Source: Trichoplax adhaerens
Taxonomy: Eukaryota; Animalia; Placozoa
Length of the DNA: 64,000 nt
Assembly: GCF_000150275.1 (NCBI RefSeq)
Contig: NW_002060954.1
Coordinates: 310,001-374,000 of the forward strand
Direction: 5' to 3'
In this document: positions 54,036 through 64,000 of the stretch, piece after piece
How positions within the stretch are numbered: position 1 is the stretch's first letter
Layout of the letters: the number at the start of each line of letters is the position of its first letter
The notes under the pieces: model-generated
What the model was told of the DNA's origin: nothing
The model's input: the letters and a program-made list of their open reading frames with translations, nothing else
Databases searched by the model: none
Program-made: the position numbers and the translations under genes

Positions 54036-57000
54036 TTAGTAGTATGCCCCATGCAATCTTGCTACTGCCATTATAAAATCATTATGGTTGGCGTAGAGGT
54101 CAAGTTTATGGTCGACTTCCAGCCATGCTACGTCTCCAGCGTCGTCTCCCGCTTTTAATTTAAAGTGACTGAAAGCAGAATCACTATCGTCGTGGAAATT
54201 CACCACCGTAGTTTCCATCCAAGCATTATCGGTATTACGTGGATCGTCCACGTAGCCTTTATATATCTGTGAAAGAAAGTACGTGAATAGTTTATAGTAT
54301 TTTTGTAGATATTTAAACAAAAAATAAGTAGTTTACTGTTAGCAAATTGATTTCGTACCTGTTTACCGCCACTGCTAAATAATTGATGAAGCATTTTTTC
54401 AATTTCTTTCTTTTCGACTTCAGATGCTTCCAAACTGTTCATTGCTTCCTCTCCAAATTCCTTTTTTAATGTTACTGTCACAGTATCTCCAGCTTCGACC
54501 ATGCCCTAAATGACATTTGACCCAGTATAAAAAAATCATTTATTCAACATGCCTATTCCAGTAGTGACCTCAGATGTCAGAATGTGAGTAATCCTCATAA
54601 AAATTCTATGCTTTTCTCTCTATGTTGTTTACTTAATCGTATCGTTTGTTAACTAATCTACGAACCCATCGAAATGAGAAATGATTTTCCAAGGTTACAC
54701 TAAATGTTTCGTATGGATATGAACAGACACTTACAAATATAGTGAAACGCATGATATAGTATATGATCATTACTGTTTAGAGCAAGTCTCACTATTGAAT
54801 GACATCTAGTATTAATGTACAGGATATATTTTAAACTTTATACTGAATATGGTAAATATCAAAATTTAATTTCGTAAAAATGGATCTTAATTTAATCCTA
54901 CAAAGAATTTCTTCGAGTTTATATCAAAATCATCTGTTGTTGTAGTATTCCTTACTCATTCTGTTTAGGCGTTAAATATAAGTCATACAGTATTTCAATT
55001 AGTAAAAATTGTAGATTTTCATTGAATACCAATTGCAACAACTTTAGTAAATTACTTCATTAGAAACGTGCTATAATTATAATTATACCGGTAATTGAAT
55101 TTTATGGGTATGTTAATCTTATCTTTTACACACTTACACCAGGTAAAGCCCATTGACCATTATCTTGCCTTTTGATCGCAACAAATTCTAACACGGGATT
55201 ATCATTATAAGAAACCACATTACCATCGTCATCGCGCTTCCATCTGTAGCAGTAATATATTTCGAATAGTTAAATTAATATTGTAGCTACAGTACAGTAA
55301 TACCAATGGAAATGAAACGACATGTGGATAGGCAATACAGTTTGTATACGTGGGTATTATAACTTCTTCATAAGATACCATATCATGGTAGATTATCTTA
55401 TAGGCAGGTATTATGTCCTATATTACATATGTTGCACTTCACATAATATTCTGTTTTATCAAGTCATAAACGATAACGCATCTGACCTAGTAGTGATGGG
55501 GTCTGCCGCATGATTTGGTCCCCATCTCCCCAAAACTCCACGCCCTCTAATACCGGTTCTGCCTATAGGATTTCTTTTAAATGGAGGATATACAAGTGAT
55601 TGTATTATTTGATGCCTATATTTTATTTGTTAGTTTGTTCTTATATATAACAACGATGACATGGTAGCTCAATAAAATTTCTAATAAATGATTAGATTTA
55701 TAAGCAAGTTTCTGTGATAGTATTTGTAACTCCTTAACTAGCATGGTACACAAGTAACACTATATAAAGATCATAGAGATATAAAAGTACTTCTATGATT
55801 AGGATATAAATGCAATAAGCAATCTGAGCTGACATGCCTTACCTCGGTATTCCGTCAATTAAAGAATAATCTCCAAAGCCACTTTTTCTATCCACATTAC
55901 CATCAATTGAATTAAACTTGAGAAAATTTTCTGAATTAGTAGGTCTACAATAGTTATATAATTGGAACAACTTTAGGCAGATACCTTATATAGTTATTCA
56001 ATCGCGTTTACATTTAATTAATAAACGTTCCTTCAGATAGATCCCGATAATATACTGTACATGCCGTGTATACTTTGTTATTTATTTTTTAACTTTGAAA
56101 AAATGCAATAAGTAATTGCAATAATTTTAGCCAGATACCTTACGTGCATGTAGCTATTCCATACTGCGCGTTTACTTGTATTAAACGTTTAATAAGCGGT
56201 ATACTACCGCTATAAGCCGTGTACTGTACACTGAGTACTCTACTGTATAGTACGTTTTTTTTAACTTTTAAAATAATGGCTTTGAGTACGTTGTGAAATA
56301 CTGTACTAGCACAAGAGAGAAAAATAGTGAATCGACCTACTGTAGATGGCAACTAATTATTTATAGCTGCTATAATTTTGCAACTATTCTGAAGCGCAAA
56401 ATGAGGCTGTTTTGACTGAGCCTCTAATTTTTGAAGGCAACGCTGAGTAACTGTGCTTATTGTGTTTATTGATGCACAATTTAGCTATGGTAGATAAATT
56501 TCGGGTTTTGACCATAACTTATATAGCATAGTAATACTGTTGTAATACTAGTCTTCCAAGGATTATGTGTTTGAATATTTTTATATCATACTGTAGTACT
56601 GTATTAAGCATGAGTGTATTAGATTGAGATGTATTTTGCTTTCTTGTTGCAATTAACCGTGGACTAAAACTGGAAATACATGAGTCTCCTCATCAAAGAA
56701 ATGAAATTGGAATTGCTTAAAACAAATTGTGAGACTTTAGAGCGATTACAAGTGTGAGGATTTCGTGCACTACGGTGCATGACTTACAGTACGTTATTCC
56801 ATGCTCGTATTTTAAAAAAAAAACGAATACTGTGTTAATCTCGTTTCAGGGAATAGCTTAAGCTTGAGGAGTAAAAAACTCCTTCTTAACAGCGATAAAA
56901 TAGAGATATAAACTAGAATCATAGAAATTTACATGAGCTACAACCTTATCTCGACATCTGCCCAGGGAGGCATTGCTAAGACACTAGAAGATGTGAAATC

Positions 57001-57159
57001 TATAGGACTGTATTCCAGCCATTCAACCGCCCAATCGACTTTATCATCTGGTACAGGAAATCGTTGAATATCTGATTTCGGATAAATTGACTGTCGAGCT
57101 TTTCGGTGTAACGGCTTTCGCGTAGAGGTCATTATTTGCTGAAAGCACCTTTTAATCAT
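54036..57159 (-). CDS. NUDT9: ADP-ribose pyrophosphatase NUDT9, 6 exons
   Basis: [34 protein letters not shown]|[43 protein letters not shown]|[24 protein letters not shown] (Nudix box), [36 protein letters not shown]. Confidence 0.96.
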
Positions 57160-57329
57160 ATATTTTACGGTAATCTATACAAGTTTGAAACGATAACAGG
57201 AGTAATGGAGGATAATATAAAAATAACGCAGTAACCAAGCGATAAATGCAGCTTACTGTGAGCAGCGTTTCTGTCCCGACGGGATAGACTAAAATTCGGA
57301 CTTGTCAAACCTAGTAATATAGTTGTTAA

Positions 57330-57720
57330 CATACTACAGTACAGACTACAGTAATGGACTACACTACTACAGTAATGTACAGTACAAGATCTAAGCTGTT
57401 TACGCTATACTATTTACCTGTCAACAGGCTCAGAGATCGCTATATAAATGAGCGCATCAGAACAACAACAGAATATATTACACAGTACCGTACACTACTG
57501 TACAGTGTACAGTACTGTACACCACCGTGTACAGTATTAAAACACCAGTACAATGTACTGTACAGTACAGTATTTTAGTACAGTAGTCCATCCTAAATTT
57601 TGTACTGTACTGTACAGTGTTCAGTACAGACTTCATTACAGTACAGTACTGTAGAGTACAGTACTGTATAGTGTAATGTACAGTACTGTACTGTACACTG
57701 TACAGTACAGTATACTGCAG
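57330..57720. promoter_or_regulatory. TACAG/CTGTA pentamer array in the NUDT9-DPH1 head-to-head promoter
   Basis: Dense units such as tactgtacagtgtacagtactgtacaccaccgtgtacagta and gtacagtactgtactgtacactgtacagtacagta between divergent ATGs at 57159 and 57939. Confidence 0.65.
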
Positions 57721-57938
57721 TCAGGATTATTACAGACTATCGTAGATTTGAGGTTTTCTTTTAGGTTTTGCAGAGAAATCTTTACGCAGTTCCAGAAGCG
57801 AATTTACTTCTTTGTGTTATATTGTATTATAGTTAAACATCTAAGCATTTATTCTCATTGGTAAATACGGAAGGTATTATACAGTACCGCAGTATAACAT
57901 TGATATTACAGTAATATTTTGACAAAGGTGATCCTTTT

Positions 57939-60900
57939 ATGGCGCACAATAATAGCACTACTGAAGCAAATATGGTATCTGGTAGTAAACCACGAAAGCG
58001 ATTTGTGGGAGCAAAGTCGTCATCAGGTGCCACCGGTGCTGGTTAGTTACGCGTATTTTATTGCTAATGACAGTTCGTTGCACCTGATTGCATTCACACT
58101 GCAGTTGCTGTTAGTGTAAGGCAAAGAACTAGTCGTAAAATTATAATTAACTTTAACTCATCACTGCGTGTGTACACTAATCAACTTTATGTTCCGTGTT
58201 GGTATTATCGTATATCGAAAACGAAAACACAACAGCTTTTAAATAGCGAGCACAATAAAACTAGCAAAAGTTGGAAGCTTACAATACTGTATATCGACTT
58301 TTAATGAGCTATTCTGGCTGAGCATTATACTGTACAGTATTGCTGCATAGTACATACTGTACTGTATATGGTAAACATAGCGTATTATACTAAACACAGC
58401 TGTTCTAATCCAAAGAATTTAAAATAGAATTAAATTAATTAATTTATTTTATGTTTATTACGTGAGATGTCAAGTCCCGCGTATAAGTAAGATTTCGTTC
58501 TGAAGGTGATCATGTCAAAACTGTTACAGATTTACAGTATATATCATTACTTGTGAAGTTAATTTACAGGCAACAAATAAGTTAGTTTACTTATAAAATT
58601 GTTAGTTTCTAAAAGGAGGGATGGTGGTCAACGCGTTGCTCATCAGATACCGGAGGAAATACTTGGCGACAGACAATTGCAAAATGCGATATGTCAGGTC
58701 TGTTTTAAATTCTAGATACTATAGCGAAGGCTAAAATTCATAAAAAACTTTGAGGCTGTATTACGTATATTTAATCAGGGACTACTAAAAAAGAAATTTT
58801 ATTACGTGTATAGTAAAAGCACAGTATTTATTTGGCTGGTAAATTTACTTTTGGTACATAACTCTAATAGCGAGCTTATGCGTAGTAGATCACTCTGCAG
58901 TATTTTAACATTTTCAGAAATGGGTAATAGTTATCACGCAATGTATTACTGTAATGAGTAACAAGAGTAAATATTAAATAAAATAGAAAATTATATATGT
59001 AAAGCGTAAGTGATTAAATTGTTTAAGGTGTATCTCTCTGTTTAATTCTCATTAAAACCTAGCTGCCTAAAAATTACAATTTTGAGGTATACAAAACAGT
59101 CTGGAGAATTAAGTTCACAAAATCTAAGCGGGGTAAATACGTAGCATCCGATAATTCTGCAGTGTTTTGCTTTTATTATTTGTAAATAGTATAAAATGCC
59201 TATTTACATGATACTTTGTTGATATCTAATCTAATAATTCTTGTAATAGTTGCCTTGCAGTTCCCTGAAGGGCTTTTAATGTTTTCTTGCCTCATTGCTG
59301 ATATAATCGAAAGGTTAGTTTTGAGGCACACATTCTATAGTAGTGTTATATTCTAAGATGACTTTGGCAGTATATATGTCCAACCTTGTTACAGATTGCA
59401 GTTGACTGACACGTACATATAGTTGCAAGGTTCGACTGTACTATATGTAAAACTTACAACTTTGATTCCAGATTTACTGATGCAGAAGTCATAATCATGG
59501 GTGAAGTTACTTATGGGGCGTGTTGTGTCGATGACTATACCGCGCGTGCCTTAGGAGCAGATCTGATGATCCATTATGGACATAGTTGCCTTGGTAAGAG
59601 AAATTCTGGAGTTGTATTGAGTTGCAAACCCTTTACGCGTTTATAAGTTATCCAATCATTTGGCAGAGAATGTTATATATATTCTTGGTAGTCAAATAGC
59701 ATAAATTTGAAAAAGTTTTTGAATACCAATTGACGATACAGAAATAAAATGATTTGTGTGGGACAACTTGCTTTAAGTTACGCCGTTGAATAAAGGCTCT
59801 TGTTTCTTATTTCATTAATGAACTATAGTTCCTGTTGATCGTACCGGTGGAATCAAAATGCTGTATGTATTTGTAGATATCAAAATAGATACAGTGCGAT
59901 TAATCGAAACTATCAAGCACAACGTATCGAAAGAATTAAACATAGCACTGGTGAGCACTATACAGTTTGTGGCAGCATTGCAGGTAATAATATCGAATGT
60001 TAGACGGATTAGTAAGCTCGTATAAATGATTGTATTATATATATACTAATGTCTTATGTTTTTTGATATTTACTAATGGAGGGAGTAAAACAGGAACTAT
60101 CACATGATTACAATGTTTCCGTTCCTCAATGCAAGCCTCTGTCCCCTGGCGAAATCCTTGGATGTACAGCTCCAAAGCTAACAGATGTCGATGTTGTCAT
60201 GTAAAGAGTTTGAACTTACTTTAGGAAAATTCTAGTATTGAAATTTTTTCAGAATTCAATTCTTTATCAGCTACATAGGGGATGGCAGATTTCATTTAGA
60301 AGCTATAATGATTGCAAACCCCGATTTACCTACTTACAGGTGAATATAGATAGTAGTTACACTTTAATTAGTATCAATTCTTGATAAAGATTAGATTATA
60401 TTAAGCTAGAGGTCAACCAAAACAGTACAATATCAAACTGTGTTAAAGCTACGGTTCATGTTTAAAGGTATGATCCTTATTCCAAAGCATTCTCTCGAGA
60501 ATACTATAATATCCAGTTAATGAAAGATATTAGGTATAAGGCAATATCTAGTAGTGTCCACGCTAGGAAGATTGGACTAATCCTTGGAACACTAGGCAGA
60601 CAAGGCAGCATCAAAATTTTGCAGGTCTATTTATAGAAATTTAAGTATTGTTGCACTATTTCTTATGGTTTAAACCTGTTCTTATGATCAGACTCAAGTT
60701 CATTCATTATCGTTAACCTTAATTAAACCATATTTGATGTGTGTTATGTTTATTTACAGATACTATTGTTTGTTTTATACATAGAACTTGCAAGCTCGTA
60801 TTACATACCTAGGGTTGGAATATATAACAGTTTTCATGTCAGAAATATTTCCTGATAAGTTGCAGTTATTTCAAAATGTGGATGTGTACGTAACCACATA

Positions 60901-61370
60901 TGTATACTTATAGTAAATTAACTAAAAGCGATCACCTGATCATTAATAATGCATTAATACATCCTTAAGGTGGATACAGGTAGCTTGTCCAAGATTATCC
61001 ATTGATTGGGGAACAGCATTTAAGAAGCCTCTTCTAACTCCATATGAGGTTATCATATGCTGTTCATTTAGCAGTTTTCACCAGCTATTAATTCTTGCCG
61101 TATAGATCTAGCAAGGATGAAAAGTTTCATTTATACCTACTGATGATTAGACTACTTTCTCATTATTTGGCTCTAACATTATCAGGTATTCTTATATCTC
61201 ATTATTATTAGGCTTCTGTATTATTTAAGACCATAGAGTGGCAAAACAATTATCCGATGGATTTTTATGCAAATACTTCACTTGGCAATTGGACTGTTAA
61301 TAATTTAAAAAATAAAGAGGAGAAGCAAAATTACAGAAAGTGTATTCAAGAAAGTAATCAAAAAGATTGA
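57939..61370 (+). CDS. DPH1: Diphthamide biosynthesis protein 1 (radical SAM ACP transferase subunit)
   Basis: [147 protein letters not shown]; stop TGA 61368-61370. All three Fe-S cysteines are present. Confidence 0.96.
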
Positions 61371-62498
61371 TCCTGTGGCCCGTAATTTAAAGAAAGTGGA
61401 TGAGATGGAACGGAAGATGCTACTTTATTAAAAATTGCTGTTTATTTTATATTATTTTTATATTATAGATACTAGTATTACGGTATGCAGTTTTAAGTTC
61501 TTTCTCTAACCCATACGGCTGAAAGTTATTATAATGGATTAATTTGGATAGCATGTAAATTCCATTTTTATTGAAACTTTATAAACGCAGAATTTAGATA
61601 TAATCATAGATAATAATTATGACAATCCTATCATACAATAATATACTGTATAACCACATAGTTGGGTTAGCTTTATGACATTGAGAAACAACATATTTGA
61701 TGACAATCGAAGAATAAGCGATCTATTCAATTTTAATATTTAAGTCTATGCGATTCAGCTAAATATAAACCGGAAACTATTTGCTACTAAATGAAAGAAT
61801 TTATGGTATTTGTAACCTGCTACATAGTTTGTGGTAAATGCAATAGTCAAGAAAATATTGCGTAATTACGATATGTATGCCTTAAGGCATCATCACTGCA
61901 TCAATACGATTTCAATTAGATAAAAATTGTGAAGTACCTTATTACGCAGTGTTGCAAATAAAAAATTCGGTAAATAAAAATAATAATACAAAAACATACG
62001 ATGCTTCCTGCGGTCTAGACGTAAAAGTGACAAATTTTAAATTTTTTACAGCTTCCGAAAGTAACTAAGTGTTAAACTAGTAGTTTTCAAATTTTTTAAA
62101 TTTCCTGGTTCTGAAATAATTATATATAATTAAACAGGAAATAGCAAGATCGTCATTAATTACCATTGTCCACAATAACAAATCTATAACCATAGAAGCT
62201 TTACAAATCAATGTTTAAATGTCACAGTTGCTTACTGTTAATACTCGTATATCTAAACTGATGATTCTACAGTATTTCGGAGTACCTGTTACTGATGATT
62301 AGGAATATGTTTACCGATGTCCTTTCGCTAGCTAATGAACCGCAATAATAGTACAGTACATGCAGAACTAATAAGCGGTACAGATACATCAAATTAGGGA
62401 TACTCGAATAGTCTCTGAGTAAATAACTGAAATAGCTAAGACGATCACTTTTCCTTTTTTTAATTCTCGTGGATTTTTCCTTCGACGATAAAGATTTT

Positions 62499-64000
62499 TT
62501 AACAGTCTTTGTAACGGCTGTAAATGGTTAATAAGTAAGTCATAACACATCGTTGATCAGGTCTAGGATACATAATAAGCATGTCTTCTACATCGAGTAA
62601 TGGCGCAATACCAACCTTGCTATAATTGTGAAAATTGACGACATAACGTATAAACACAAAAGATAGGACATGTAATGCTAGAATAGAAGAAATAAAATCC
62701 TACAGGTGATCTACATTATAAGCGGCGAATTACTTACTCGAATGCTTCGAATGCCAGGGTAAAGTTTTTCTCTTTCGTCGTAGTGTCGAGATCATCCATA
62801 GGAATAGTGTCATGTCCTATTAAGTTATTTAGTAAGGCGCAAAACGCTAGACCATCAGCCCAACTACGACTTAAGTCCTTTACCATAATATCCTAATAAA
62901 GGATACAATTTATAAAGATATTCAATATAAATATCTAAAACTAGTTTACTATTGGGAGATGCTTTGTGATATAAGCGTTGGTCAGCCGCCTTGCCATAAC
63001 TGTAAACACGGGTATACGTATACAAATGCTGTACGGTACAGATCGCATAATGTACATGGAAAACTACTTTACGTATTTGGCATCACTTACATACCTTGTA
63101 TTCATATCCTTTCGTATGCAGCTTGCACCACTGCAAAAGAATAGCGGAAACAGAACCTTCTGTCTTGGGAGTCTGCTTAGCGGCTGGTTTTGGAGCAGCT
63201 GTTGATCTGCATTTCCAAAATAGTTTATGAAAGAAAATGTGTATTATGGCTTTAAGACGATAACAATAGATTTCAACTTGATTATTAACTTATTAAAAAT
63301 TAAAAATTCAATTGATTCGAGTACTCAGTAGGCTTTTTCGCAGTTTCGGTTTTAGTTGCCTTTTTAAAGAGATCTTTTAATCCGCTCTTTTTTTGCTTCT
63401 TTTCAGGTTGTGAAGTTAATTTTGGTGCGGTAGTTACAAACGGTTTTGGTCTCTTAGACTTAGGATCATTCACAACATTTCGCCCAACCGGCTTTTTAAT
63501 CTCAAATTTTCTAATATAGCCTGCTGCAGGGACTACTGCCTTTCTCGTTTCGGCACCTTTATCGGATGTTGGAACCTTACAACTGCTGGTAATGAAGTCA
63601 TAGAAGGGTGAAGAATTTTAAGATACTATACTGTATGTTTTTCATGCTTTTAAATTGATACGTCTACGATTAGTAATTTAATTGTACTATTATGGAATAT
63701 TATTAAATGCTACGCAAATACTAACGCCTCCTTCATCGTGTCGTTCCCCTTATCTGGTCCAAGCGATGTTGACGGATTAGCATTTCTAGGAGTTCCAGTA
63801 GGGCTACTCGGAGTACTTGCCAAGTCTTTAACGTTCACGCTGTTTATCTCCTTTCTTTTATTATTATCTGACTCTTCCTTGAATGACGAAGATACGTTCT
63901 GAATTGGTTCTAAAACACTAATAGCTCTAATAGCTTTTGGCGAAGAAGGCTCTTCTGAAAATTGAATGAATGTCTCTCGTCGCTTATCCGGCGGTAAAGT
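62499..64000 (-). CDS. 3' part of a smoothelin-like protein with a C-terminal type-2 calponin-homology domain; 5' end outside the window
   Basis: Basic Pro/Ser/Lys-rich exons precede SAILLQWCKLHTKGYEYK|DIMVKDLSRSWADGLAFCALLNN...KNFTLAFEAFD|KVGIAPLLDVEDMLIMYPRPDQRCVMTYLLTIYSRYKDC*. The DMxIM..PDxxCVxTY tail and terminal position fit smoothelin/SMTNL; cytospin/SPECC1 is the alternative. Confidence 0.75.

Noticed and set aside
62889-62908. GTATCCTTT U12-type donor-like motif on the minus strand
   Set aside because: It lies in the acceptor tract of an ordinary GT-AG intron and no reading frame requires it.

Overview
AT-rich, intron-dense eukaryotic (animal) genomic DNA with many short introns (often about 70-200 nt). 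The compact gene layout and the NIT-domain guanylyl cyclase suggest a placozoan (Trichoplax-like); this taxonomy is my inference. By hand splicing I reconstructed 11 protein-coding genes, in order: the 3' end of an LRR (FBXL-type) gene (+), ASL (-), a KIF12-like kinesin (+), SANBR/KIAA1841 (-), BCL7 (-), intronless TAF7 (+), a two-TM NIT-domain receptor guanylyl cyclase (-), an MRM3-like SpoU methyltransferase (-), NUDT9 (-), DPH1 (+) and the 3' end of a smoothelin-like CH-domain gene (-). Four signals stand out. (1) Dense arrays of a self-inverting TACAG/CTGTA pentamer sit at the 5' ends of the housekeeping genes, including two head-to-head promoters, and look like a lineage-specific promoter code. 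(2) The NIT-cyclase is a candidate nitrate/nitrite/NO sensor with a diverged second ligand motif and a GC-AG intron. (3) Eleven frame-symmetric mini-exons expand the KIF12 stalk. (4) A ~614 bp foldback element lies at the SANBR promoter. Exon coordinates were read by eye and may be off by a few bases.
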